This document shows, in pieces, positions 49,888 to 62,654 of a stretch of 64,000 bases of DNA; positions within the stretch are counted from its first letter, which is position 1, and each line of letters begins with the position of its first letter. Below the pieces are notes generated by a model. The model worked only from the letters and a program-made list of their open reading frames with translations. It was not told where the DNA came from and made no database searches. Location of the stretch: the NCBI GenBank assembly GCA_964016885.1, contig OZ024741.1:318804001-318868000 (forward strand), in the 5' to 3' direction. Source of the stretch: Eledone cirrhosa. Taxonomy: Eukaryota. Made by a program: the position numbers and the translations under genes.

Positions 49888-50080
49888 CTGACCTGCCAAC
49901 CTCTAAAAACCCAAACGGGGCGTACCATGAAAAGGGTACCCCAAAACGATGAGAAATTAAGCAAAATGGAGAGATTTTACATAATGAAAGCTAAACCCAT
50001 TTCACAAGAGAATACATCTCTCGCCCACCCCAAATTTGGTGGGAGATCTCCCTGTTGGACGGGGAGAGTTGACAGGTCTG
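49888..50080. mobile_element. MITE with CAGACCTG(C/T)CAAC TIRs and 6-bp TSD (tcataa)
   Basis: tcataa|ctgacctgccaac...gttgacaggtctg|tcataa. Confidence 0.88.
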
Positions 50081-50947
50081 TCATAATGTCCTGAGCAACA
50101 CTGGCTTCTAATTTAAGCACAAGGCCTCTAATTTAGAAGGGAAAGTCGATTATACCGACCTCAGCACTTGACTGGTACTTCATTTTATCGATGAAAGGTA
50201 AAACTTGACCACAGCGGGATTTGAGCTTAGAATATATGGAGCCAGAAAAAATACTGCAAAGCTTTTGCCCGGCGTTCTAATGCCAATCTACCATCTTTAT
50301 CCTGAGCAATACTGAAATGTGAATATATTCATATAGACTTAAATTTACCGATATTTGATCATATTCTATACAACAGTGCAACACTTGAGAAACTATCTTC
50401 CATTTAATGATTTTATGATAAATTTAATGTAGATATAGATAAATTGTTTTAATTAAAAGGTATGTAAAAAAAGAGAAAACGGTGGAAAGAGAGACGAGTA
50501 GAAAGTGTGTTTATACTTCATTCTTTTCACGGTTATATCTACATTAAGGCAAATTGAAAGGCCCTTAATTCCTGGTGGAGTTCTGCTGGCGCCGTCCTGT
50601 CACACGACATGTTTTATGCATTCTAAACCTGGCAGAGCCTCTCCAGAGAAATGAAGATGGAGTTAAAGAGGGAGAGAGAAAGAAAAATAGACGAAGGATC
50701 TACTCCCAGTACTTGATTGATACTTTATTATCGAACTGGAAAGGATGAATAGTAAAGTTGACCTCGGCGGTATTTGAATGCAGAGCACAGTAAACCGGAA
50801 CAATTACCGAAACATTTTTAATACGACGCCCTAACGACTTTGCCAGTTTGCCGCCTTTGTATCTATATTAAATTTATCTTAACTCTTCTAATATTGGCAG
50901 TATTCTGCATAACTATTTATAAAATATCTTGTTTTTATACATTTTAA

Positions 50948-51141
50948 CAGACCTGCCAACCTCTAAAAACCCGAAAGGAGAATACCATGGAAAAAAGTAC
51001 CCCAAAACGGGGAGAAATAAGGCAAAATGGGGAGATTTTACATAAGAAAGCTATACTCATTTTCACAAGGGAAGTCATCTCTCACCCACCCCAAAGTGGG
51101 TGGGAGATCTCCCCGTCGGACGGGGACAGTTGACAGGTCTG
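50948..51141. mobile_element. Second copy of the 6-bp-TSD MITE
   Basis: ttttaa|cagacctgccaac...gttgacaggtctg|atttaa. Confidence 0.88.
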
Positions 51142-51653
51142 ATTTAACATGATTTATTGCTTACTAGACGTAGGCACAGTTGTGTGGTTAAGAAATTTCT
51201 CTTCGCAACCACATGTTACCGTGATCGATCCAAATTTGTGTCGGCACCTTAGGTAAGTATCTTCTAATATAAGCCTTGGGGTGGAATTCCGTATAAATTT
51301 GTTGGTCTGTGTTGATATTGTCACCGGACTAAAATCCAATGCTGTTTATGTTTTTGTCACGTTATGTCGTGTAACCTTACGTTTCGACAAACACAGATCG
51401 ATGAAATAAGTGCCAGATATAAATTCGAACTGATATTGATATGATAGACTAACTAAAGCAGTGCTTCAGCATGGCCACAGTCCAATAAGTGAAACCAAGT
51501 AAAAGGAGGAACGGAAGAAATACGGCTTCCGTCAGTATTGACGCTGTGTACACCAATTGTTTCGAAAACGGAACAGCCTGAAATGAACGTGAAGTGATTG
51601 AGCATTCTACAGACACCAGTGAAAGAACAATTAACCATTTTGTTTTAAACTTG

Positions 51654-51752
51654 ATTAACAAGTCTGATGAACAGATGGATGCTGGAGCTGAGTCTATAAC
51701 ATAAACATTGACCTTGAGCCATCCATCTGCGAAACATGCGTAGCTGGTCGAT
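51654..51752 (+). ncRNA. Hammerhead ribozyme motif with long stem II
   Basis: attaacaagt-CTGATGA-acagatggatg..catccatctgc-GAAA-catgcg-TA^gctggtcgat; 10-bp stem II, 8/10 stem I, A-C mismatch at 10.1/11.1. Confidence 0.6.
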
Positions 51753-52468
51753 AATCAGTAAAAGCATTCATGTGAAACTTTGTTATACTCATACAATAAG
51801 AAGTTCATTTTCTAATCACAAGGTCCTGGCTTCTAACCCCTACACCTGTCTATATAAATAGTTATTTCTCCAAACTTACTCATACATTTAATTCTATATG
51901 TTATTAGTACATTCATGTAATTATATACTAGAAATACCTTATTAAAATATCATTCTTATATTTAATTAGTTTCACGTGTCAGTAATCAACACAAACTATA
52001 AGGTTTCTCTTATGTAAACCATCAATTTATCAAAACACAAATTTTCTACTTTGCATGGTTATTCATATATCTAGTAATTACGGTATATATAAGCTGTCCC
52101 AAAAGAATGTATTCACACTTCAACAGCATTCTAATAAATATTGCCTGCACAGGTAATTAAAAATACATACAAATTCTGGGCCCCAAAATTAAATAAGTTC
52201 AAAGCTATTGTCGTCATTATTGACACCACTGGTCCATGAGTATTTAATAATTGTTTCTACTTTTGGCACAAGGCCAGCAATTATTCCAGTACATTACTGG
52301 TACTTTATTTTATCGACCCCGTAAGGATGAAAGGCAAAGTTAACCACGGCGAGATTTGAACTCAGATCATAAAGGGCCGTAACTCTATGCTACAAAGCAT
52401 GGCGTCCGACCCTCTACCGATACTGCCAATTAATAATGTTGGTCCTGTTGATTGGAACTCGGCAAACG

Positions 52469-52635
52469 CAGACCTGCCAACCTCTAAAAACCCAACGGGG
52501 AATACCATGAAAAAAGTGCCCCAAAAAAATATGAGGCAAAATGGGGAGATTTTACATGATGAAAACTATACCCATTTTAACAAAAACGGAGAGGTGGGGA
52601 GAAATGAACCAAAACGGGGAGAGTTGACAGGTCTA
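52469..52635. mobile_element. Third (internally deleted) copy of the 6-bp-TSD MITE
   Basis: caaacg|cagacctgccaac...gttgacaggtcta|caaacg. Confidence 0.88.
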
Positions 52636-52717
52636 CAAACGACCCGGATACACCATCACACACCATTTTTTCAAATTATAATTGTTTTTTTTTTAATATT
52701 TAATAACGAGGTAATGC

Positions 52718-53050
52718 TCCTCAAGAGGTTCAAAGATTGTGTGGAGTCCAGCATCAACAACACTGGAATCGCCCCAAAACAACTCGAGTCCCATGCTCAG
52801 GACAGGACTGAGTGGCGAGCTCTTACCAGACGCGCCAAAGACTCTTTTGAAGAGAAGAAACTAGCAGAGGTCACTGAGGCCCGTGAAAAAAGGAGAAAGG
52901 CATCAGCAGCTGCCCAAGCGACTCCGGTCTCTTCCTCTTCCCCCGCTGTCCCCGGACCTGCAAGTCAAGGATCGGCCTGCACAGCCACCTTCGCGCCCAC
53001 GGCAGACGGGAACAGCAATGAAGAAGATGTCATCATCGTTTACGATGGAC
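52718..53050 (+). pseudogene. 3' fragment of an RTE-like LINE with C-terminal C2H2 finger
   Basis: KRFKDCV..AQDRTEWR..FEEK; shifted frame PRCPRTCKSRIGLHSHLRAH. Confidence 0.75.
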
Positions 53051-53763
53051 AACCAAGGAATGCTCCTGAAGCTAACATCACACACTTCCCCACCATTTGT
53101 GCAATGAAGAAATTAATTCGTTTCAACTCTTTAACCGATAACAGAAATGTATGTGAAATTCTCCATAGGCGGTTTTGTGAAACACTAGATTTAATTTATT
53201 ATGCGTTCTCTAATTACAGGTATATGTGGGGCGTGGTGGGGATGGGGTAGAAAAAAAGAAGATGATAGAGAGAAGAAATAGGAAAAAAGACAGAGATTAT
53301 TTGTTTGAAGAATTGTAGAAAAATATGTGTACACACACACACAGACACAGACAGATACATATATATATAATATCATCATCGTTTAACGTCTATTTTCCAC
53401 ATATATACAGAGTATCCCGAAAAAATGTATACATACTTCAAAAGCATTCTAATAAATATTGCCTGTACAAGTAATCAAAGTGTGTACATTTTTGGGGACA
53501 TCCTGTAAATGTATGTTTGTGTGTATGTATTTGTATGCATATATATATATATGTGTGTGTGTGTGTATACATCTATGTATGTATATACATGTATGTATGT
53601 TTATACATACACATGTGTGTGTATGTGTGTGAGTGTGTGTATGTGTGTGTGTGTGTGTGTGTATTTGCGTTTAGAGTTATTTAATTATGAATGAAAATTA
53701 TTCAATTATAAAAAGAAACAGATATTAAGCATAGTTTCATGAAATGTAGAACATTATGTACAC

Positions 53764-53823
<60 letters not shown>

Positions 53824-54071
53824 TTATATATGTATGTGTGTGTGAATGTATGTATGTATGTATGATGATGATGTATGGTATGTCTCTCTCTATATATATG
53901 TGGTGGGGTATGGTATGTGTGTATATATATATATATATATACATACTGTTGCCATGTATGTACCAGAAAATGAAAATCGTTGGCTGATTTGAAGTGCCTC
54001 ATTCATGCCTTACATGTTTTAAAATTTAATCAAGCAATGGCAATACTCGAACACGAGTTTGCAGCCAATCG

Positions 54072-54350
54072 ATCATCCACTTTTCTAAAAAATAAATCAT
54101 ACACAAAACGCCAGCACCAACAGTTTTGCAAGAGATGTCAACATGAATGGGCCTATTATTTTTATCTAAAGACATTTTTTCCAATTCCAACTCGCCCGTC
54201 CCCTCAATTTATCTTATTTCTCATTCTTTCTTCTGATGAAGGACTAGCGTCCGAAACGTTAAGACCCTCTTCCTGCTATATCAAGCGTTAACCTAATATA
54301 TCCCTTCCATATACTGTACCGATTCTGTTATTATTTCTGTTTACCTTTTA
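54072..54350 (+). repeat. ~280-bp repeat containing a minimal hammerhead; second copy 56582-56860; Penelope-like pLTR
   Basis: Two highly similar direct copies, both running into (TA)n. Confidence 0.8.
54229..54264 (+). ncRNA. Minimal type I hammerhead ribozyme motif
   Basis: TCTT-CTGATGA-A-GGAC(tagc)GTCC-GAAA-CG-TT^AAGA; loopless palindromic stem III ACGT (dimer-type); paralog at 56736-56771 has core changes CTGCTGA and GAAAAG. Confidence 0.7.
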
Positions 54351-54436
54351 CATATATATATGGTTATGGGAGTCTATCTCCAAAACCATAGAAGGAGTTC
54401 GTGAACAAACAAACAAATAAACAGACAGGGACTACA

Positions 54437-54534
<98 letters not shown>

Positions 54535-54584
54535 GGATCTAGCTGTTGAAACGGCCGGAGCTCAGCCGTCGGGATCCTGAATCT

Positions 54585-54609
<25 letters not shown>

Positions 54610-54621
<12 letters not shown>

Positions 54622-54997
54622 TGTAGTCCCTGTCTGTTTATTTGTTTGTTTGTTCACAAACTCCTTCTATGGTTTTGGAGATAGACCCCCATAACCATAT
54701 ATATTCTGAAACTACATTGCTCAGGGTATTTGGATAAGTATATTTCATTTCAATCAAAGGTTCCCCGGGGGCACAAACCCCCGCTGAAAATCTTTCTTTT
54801 CGATTTATATGAAATTTAAACCATAGGTAAATGACAAGATATGATGCCTATTCACAAAATTTCAGCAAATTTCAATAATATTATGACACCCTAATGGAGT
54901 TTTTCTCCATAAATTATATCACTCATTTAAAATCAATCATCATTTTTTTACCAAAAAAAAAATGTGAAACGCAGCAAGGCGCGGGTAATTCAGGTAG
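54610..54997 (+). mobile_element. Short Helitron-like element whose first ~90 bp is duplicated in inverted orientation at 54356-54445
   Basis: tatataaagttgtagtccctgtctgtttatttgtttgtttgttcac start; 3' cgcagcaaggcgcggg hairpin then GTAG|T (CTAG variant). Confidence 0.55.
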
Positions 54998-55145
54998 TAT
55001 ATATATATGCATGTGTGTGTATACACTATAGCATTTAAACTTATCAATAAACCTGGAGCATTCAGATTCGTGTGAAGACACGAATTCTTGTTGTTAGGTT
55101 GGTAAGCTGAAAAACAGACTAGCATCCCATCCAGAGGATAGTATT

Positions 55146-55277
<132 letters not shown>

Positions 55278-56415
55278 GACCACCACCCCCCCATTAAAAA
55301 CAACGACCTGTGCTCCAATTGTTCGATCAACAGAACAGCCTGCTCGTGAAATTAATGTGTAAGTGGCTGAGCATTAGTTATCAGTGAGATTCAGCGTGAC
55401 ATGGTGTGTTACAAAACCTGGCCTTATGAATTTCTGATGCAACACATTTTTGCCAGTTGAGTGGACTGTAAAAGCATGAAATAAGTGCTTTGCTCAAGGA
55501 CACAACGCGCCGCTGGGAATCTGACTCACGATCAGGGTGAGCTTTATACCTTGAGGGGCCCGGCAAACTTCAGGTTTGGGGGGGCCCCTCATACACAAAA
55601 AGTTTGAATATACAGCATCCCCCACCCCTCAATTTTACATATGAAAGTTAGCTTGGTGCAAGTCATTAGAATTGAAAAGTTATACATACATGTATTAAAT
55701 ACAAAAATTCTAAACACCCTAAAACTAAAAAGCCCAGCTGAGAACACAAATAAATTGCTACGACCCCCATCAAAGGGGCCCTTCTCGTGAGCCGAACACC
55801 CTCAAGCACAAAGTCACAGGCCCTCCCTTCATGAAGTCACTTAGTCTCAAATGCTTAACGCCAATGAACACGAGATAATCTCCTGCCTCGGGAACCGATT
55901 GGTGCTGAATCTCAACCAATAGAAAAGAGAGCTTATTTTTCATTACTGTTTAGTAATTAGAATATATTGCGGAAAGCAACAGGTTTTAAGACGGGAAAAC
56001 TCCACAGCAAGTATTGCAGATAGCATGGAGATGAACCACGTTTCATAATCTGAATATTTGCCTAATAAAATACATGTATATATATATATATATATAAATA
56101 CATTATCGGAGAAAGCTAATAGTGATACCCCGGCCAAATCCAAACTCACTCAACAAACATTAGGAAATAAGTGAGTATATTCCTAATTAAACGTTCGGGG
56201 TGCTAACTAATTGTATTGTGTGGAAAATTGGCTGTATTATTTCATATGAGATATATATATATATATGCTCACGCGACTTCCCTTCGCTGCTCTGTATTCA
56301 CACTTACACACACTTATATCAACATACTTTTGCTCATAGCTTCGTACTTACATGCACACGCACTGTTTTACTCACATATACACACACATTTCTTCTTAGC
56401 TTCGTACGGACGTAT

Positions 56416-56510
<95 letters not shown>

Positions 56511-56891
56511 ATTACGCACGTGCACAAGTATATCTCTTTTTACAAAATGGTTTTTTTTTCCATTTCAGGTAGACGCGCTCCATCATCCACTTTTCTAAAA
56601 AATAAATCATACGCAAAACGCCAGCACCAACAGTTTTGCAAGAGATGTCAACATGAATGGACCTGTTATTTTTATCTAAAGACATTTCCAATTCCATCCC
56701 GCCCGTCCCCTCAATCTATCTTATTTCTCATTCTTTCTTCTGCTGAAGGACCAGCGTCCGAAAAGTTAAGACCCTCTTCCTGCTATATCAAGCATTAACC
56801 TAATATATCCCTTCCATGTACTGTACCGATTGTGTTGTTATTTCCGTTTACCTTTTACAGTGAACTGCGGAATACTTTTAATTCCGATCTT

Positions 56892-56948
<57 letters not shown>

Positions 56949-57008
56949 CTGGGTTAGTTCTGATCTAACTGTCGAAATGGCCGGAGCTCAGCCGTCGAGG
57001 TCCTGACT

Positions 57009-57125
<117 letters not shown>

Positions 57126-57331
57126 AAGATCGGAATTAAAAGTATTCCGCAGTTCACTGTAATAATAATAATAGTAATAGCTCAAAGAAGAATAGAGAAT
57201 TTCCTTCTGAGCTCAAATGCAAGTATATATTACACAAAGAGAAGTGTGTTACACAGTCAGATGTGTGTAAAGAATTATTACAAGTGATTTTACCGTTACT
57301 GTATAGAGAACAATTAAATATATATATATAT

Positions 57332-57970
57332 CTAGGGCGGGTAAAATTCCCGAGATCCATGGACTAGTTCTCTCCAGCGGTCTCTGTCCCTCATTATCGC
57401 TGCCATGTCCTGCGTCTCCAACAGACCAGTGTCTGTCCTTAGGGCATCAACATACGTTAACCTTGGTCTTCCTCTTCTAGTGTGTCCATGTAGGGGCTCC
57501 CACAGGAGCAATGAGTGCAATGTCAACTCTGGATGTCGCTGAGCATGTCCAGCTAACCTCAGTTTCCTCTGTGTCACTTTTGAGCTGACTTTTGGGAGGC
57601 TCCCATACAGCTCTGAGTTTTTCATCCTCAGTGTATACTGATTAATGTTCAGAGCCATCCTCAGAATTCTCGTGTAGCACCCATCCACCATCTGAGTGAG
57701 TTTCTTGGTCAGTGTCCAAGTCTCAGACCCGTACAGCAGCACAGACTCCACTACAGCAATGAAGAGGCGGATTTTCAGGTCTTTACGAAGGTCCGACTTC
57801 CAGACCGATCTCAAACTGTGGCACGCCGCCCAGGCTTTGCTCCTCCTCTCAACCACATCATCTTCCGTATTCCCAATCTTTGCTCCCAAATACAGGAAGT
57901 CCTCAACCAATTCTAGCGGCTTCCCGCCTACATTAGTGATCCCCTCTGGCTTCTCAACATTCTCTACCAT
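57332..57970 (-). pseudogene. 5'-truncated RTE-like LINE, RT C-terminal part (212 aa open), inserted in (TA)n
   Basis: LELVEDFLYLG, KIRLF..VESVLLYGSETWTL, RLAGH..RH, RGRPRLTYVD, DRDRWR; TA repeats both sides. Confidence 0.9.
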
Positions 57971-58041
57971 ATATATATGAATATATGAAAAGAGTCAGGA
58001 CCCCGACGGCTGAGCTCCTGCTGAGTAATCTATATATATAT

Positions 58042-58072
<31 letters not shown>

Positions 58073-58664
58073 TTGTATGTGTGTGTGTGTGTTTATAAAC
58101 AGTTGAAAAGCGGGTATAGTTCCATACAAATCAAAGATTATAAGTAAAAAATAAAAGTTAAAAATCACAGGAGTATACTTAAAGATATTTTTTCTTTAAT
58201 CTTCCAGAATAAATATGTATATAATTGTTACATTAAATGAACTTAAGTTTTGCCCAATATTACCGGTTTCAATTGGTATGTCAATCTTATCTTATATTAA
58301 ATTATCTTATATCAAAAAAAGTTTGTCCTCATATTCTGTGGCCAGTTAGAACTTACGAGAATTTTCTTTTAAAATTGCTTCTAATATAAAATGTTCTTTA
58401 TGAAGGTGGGGGTGGGGTTCAACAGTTCAAGATTCAATTGACTCACTAGAAAATTCTATTTATTTAAATAGAAGGTTCCTTTTCTATTCAGAATAATGGT
58501 CCAGTTGCCATTTTTTGTTGTTCTGTAATGTGTGTGCGTGAATGAGTGTGTGTGTGTGTGCGTGCTTAAATGTGTGTGTGTGTGTGCCTGTGTGTGTTTA
58601 GATGGCGTTTCTTTTTGTCAAGAGTTCAAGTTATTTCCAGAGTTTGTAAAAATAGTGTGTGTCT

Positions 58665-58697
<33 letters not shown>

Positions 58698-59378
58698 GTT
58701 TATGTGTGTGTGTGTATGTGTGTGTGTGTGTGAGTTTGTGTTTGTGTGTATGAATGTATGTGTGTGTATGTGCATGTGGGTGTATGTGTGTGTGTGTGTG
58801 TTTGCGTATGTATGTGTGTGTGTGTGTATTTGTGTGTGTGTATGTTTATGTGTGTGTGTTTGTGTTTGTGTATGTATGTATGTGTGTGTGTGTGTGTGTA
58901 TGTGTGTATGTGTGTATTTATGTATGTGTATGTGTGTGTGTGTTTGTGTGTGTTTAGATGGGGTTCAATTGTGTCAAAAGTTCAAGTTATTTTCAGGGTT
59001 TTTATAAAAATAGCTAAAAGTGTATATAAATATGTTTGAATGTTCCATTGAAAAGGCAAATATATAAATAAAAGGAGAAATGGTTTTCAATCATGAAGAA
59101 TGGTTTTTGGCCTGGTTTTTGTCTTAAGGAAGGTTGTGAGTTTTGTCTTGCGTTGTGTGTGTGTATATATAAATATACATATGATATATATATATCATAT
59201 GTATATTTATATACATATATATATAAACATATATATATATATATGTATATTTATATATATGCATATAAACATATATATATATATACGCATATATATATAT
59301 GCATATATATATATGCATATATATATATGTGTGTGTGTATATATATATATATAGACATTATATATATATATATATGTA

Positions 59379-59562
59379 TATAGGAAAATGTATGACCCCG
59401 ACGGCAGAGCTCAAGCCGTTTCGACAGCTATTTCTGGACTCAGAGTTTGAGCTCTGCCGTCGGGGTCATACATTTTCCTATTACCCACTCTACTACCCTA
59501 AGTATTGAGTACTCTGGTGCTTTATGGTCCATCTGGTTCCTTAACACAACTCCTTCGTTATA
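59379..59562. repeat. Second fold-back copy of the 27824 family
   Basis: ataggaaaatgtatgaccccgacggcagagctcaa mirrored by ttgagctctgccgtcggggtcatacattttcctat, then same tail. Confidence 0.88.
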
Positions 59563-59658
59563 TAGAAATATACAGAGGTAAAATTCCGAATATGTGTGGA
59601 AATATGCTTTTCTGTCGTTTTATTCACTCTACAACTCTTTCTGTTTATCACCTATATC

Positions 59659-59695
<37 letters not shown>

Positions 59696-59736
59696 ATCTG
59701 TGTTTTTGTGTGAGTATGTATGTGTGTGAGTTGAAA

Positions 59737-60030
59737 GCGGTGGCTTAGTAGTTAGGGTGTTTGGCCCACAATCAGAAGGTTGATTCCCGGTGCTACGTTA
59801 TGTCCTTCAGCAGAGTACTTTATTTCACGTTGCACCAGTCCACTCAGCTGGCAAAAATGTGTTGTACCTGTAATTCGAAAGGCAAGTCTTGTCTCACAGT
59901 CTGCCATGCTACCTTAAGTGTACACATTGCTGTGGAATGCTCAGCCACCTAGACGTTAATTTCTCCAGTGGGATGTTCCGTTGATGGTATCCACCAGCAC
60001 ACTGGTCGTCGAAACCGACGGAGGTCCAAC
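59737..60030 (+). mobile_element. tRNA-derived SINE family 2; inverted copy at 55297-55535; 3' parts tandemly repeated at 48640-48920 and 49395-49680
   Basis: A box tggcttagtagttagg; tttatttcacgttgcaccagtccactcagctggcaaaaatg; tgtggaatgctcagccac. Confidence 0.65.
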
Positions 60031-60152
60031 ACACACACATGTGTGTGTGTCTGTGCATGATATCATTTTATAGAGAAATATAATTATATTTTTTTATGTG
60101 TACGAAACTTCCTCGTTTTTTGTACTAAATATATATATATATATACACACAC

Positions 60153-60209
<57 letters not shown>

Positions 60210-60214
60210 CATAC

Positions 60215-60263
<49 letters not shown>

Positions 60264-60271
60264 CATGTATG

Positions 60272-60348
<77 letters not shown>

Positions 60349-60807
60349 CATATACATACACATATATGTATGCATGCAATATCAATTTGCAATAGCATAT
60401 ACACTCCCATATACAATGTTATACATACATATATGTATGTGTGTGTGCTTTTGTCTGTGTGTTTGTGTCCGTGTTTTCTGTTTACATTTCCTTGCTGTAC
60501 ACGACGGTAAAAGTACTCAACCCCTCCTACACAGAATGTGACTAATGTATGAATGCGGTAACCAGCAGTCCAGACCAACGCCACAGTGTTTCCGTTGTCA
60601 TCCTCGTCAGTGGTTTCAAATGATAACTTTCAAAACCATTACACACACACATATATACATATACATATATATAAGTATAATATATATATATATATATATA
60701 TAATTTCAAAGACACACACATATGTATATATATGTGTATATATATATATATGTATATGTATATATGTATATGTGTATATATATATATATATTATATGTGT
60801 GTACATG

Positions 60808-60930
<123 letters not shown>

Positions 60931-61072
60931 GTGTGTGCATCTATGTTTGTTTCTGTGTGTGTATGTATGTGTATATATAGTTAATCGAATCACTCTCATA
61001 CTTCCTGCAAAAACAAACAGCACCATTTAGAGAAGAAAAAAAAAACAAACACACACATTATAAGAAAAAAAC

Positions 61073-61105
<33 letters not shown>

Positions 61106-61159
61106 ATGGTGGTGGTGATAATGATGATGATGATGATAACATCGTGGTAACTATTATTA

Positions 61160-61545
61160 CTGTTATTTTCGTTTTCTTTCCTTTTTTTCTCTCTCTCACT
61201 TCAACACTTTATATAATTTGTGATTGTAATGACCCCCCCCCCCCCCCCAGTTCACTTCATTTGGTGCCCTTGAGGCCAATAAAAGTGATAATTATTATTG
61301 TTATAGCTCCCACATGTATTGCAACCTCTATATTTATAAGTATTTACTGTATTCTATATACAAACCCTTGTGGCAAATATATATTTTTTTTAATTATTAA
61401 CATTTATTATTATTGCTATATGTACTGTCCTCCCTTTGTTGGTGTCCCCTTTTCTTTAACTGATACAACCCCTATTTTATGTTGTCCGTCGTCCCTGTAA
61501 TGTCCCCAACGCCATGAGCCCTTGTAGCAAATAAAAGAAAGCATT
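61160..61545 (+). mobile_element. Two probable Tx1-like 3'UTR remnants ending in (ATT)n; similar stubs at 39899-39942(-) and 40043-40078(+)
   Basis: cccttgaggccAATAAAagtgat(aattattatt) and gcccttgtagcaAATAAAagaaagc(attatt) match the 3' ends of B and C. Confidence 0.55.
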
Positions 61546-61555
61546 ATTGTTGTTG

Positions 61556-61590
<35 letters not shown>

Positions 61591-61600
61591 GCTGTTGTTG

Positions 61601-61641
<41 letters not shown>

Positions 61642-61684
61642 TCTTATGCCTATCATCATTGTTATATCGTTTGCAGTGACCTAC

Positions 61685-61857
61685 CTGCTATATGACAATA
61701 CGTTAGCGTTGGAATATCCATGCATTCCGACCCCGTCTTCATCGGATTCATCGTCTTCGTCGCCTTCTTCTTTATCACACAAGCCCTGTCCTTCTTCCCT
61801 GTCGTTGTCATCGCTGTTATCGTTCCGTGAGATAACATCCATACGTAAAAGATGCAT
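61685..61857 (-). CDS. Candidate first coding exon of an unidentified host gene (acidic 57-aa segment)
   Basis: MHLLRMDVISRNDNSDDNDREEGQGLCDKEEGDEDDESDEDGVGMHGYSNANVLSYS ending at CAG|GTAGGT donor; non-repetitive GC-richer island. Confidence 0.35.
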
Positions 61858-61918
61858 CCTAGCGGCTTTCAGTCTTCGTTAAAAAGCAGCCTCACACAAA
61901 CACTGACAAATTTTTACT

Positions 61919-61985
<67 letters not shown>

Positions 61986-62196
61986 CTTTCACTTACCGTC
62001 TCTCTCTGTATTTTTCTCTCACACTTACAGTTTTCTCTATCCCTTTTTTTTACTCTGTTTCTGTCTGTCTCTCACTTCTTCAATTTCTCTCCCCTCTCTC
62101 TCTCTCTCTTATACTTACTCTGTCTCTTTCTCTGTCTGTCTCTCAAACCTTCATTTCCTCTCTCTCTATATATATATATATATAGGGAGAGAAGCG

Positions 62197-62291
<95 letters not shown>

Positions 62292-62305
62292 TACATATAT
62301 ATATG

Positions 62306-62346
<41 letters not shown>

Positions 62347-62506
62347 CGCTTCTCTCCCTATACCTATCTATCTATCTGTCTTTCTCTCTATTCATTTTCA
62401 CATCTCTCTCTGTCTCTCTCTCTCTCTCTCTCGCTCTCTCTGTCTCTTTGTCCCACTTCACCCTCTCCCTCTGCTTCTTTCTGTCGCTCATCGGTTCTTC
62501 TTCTTC

Positions 62507-62548
<42 letters not shown>

Positions 62549-62654
62549 TCTCTCTCCCCTCTCCTCTTCTTTCACTTTTACTCTTTCTTAGCCACTAATT
62601 CTTTCTTCATCTTCTCCCGTTATTCTCATTTACCATGTCTTATTAATATTATAA

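Noticed and set aside
52387-53250. 287-aa ORF
   Set aside because: Chance read-through across a SINE, a MITE and an RTE fragment; only the RTE part is coding-derived
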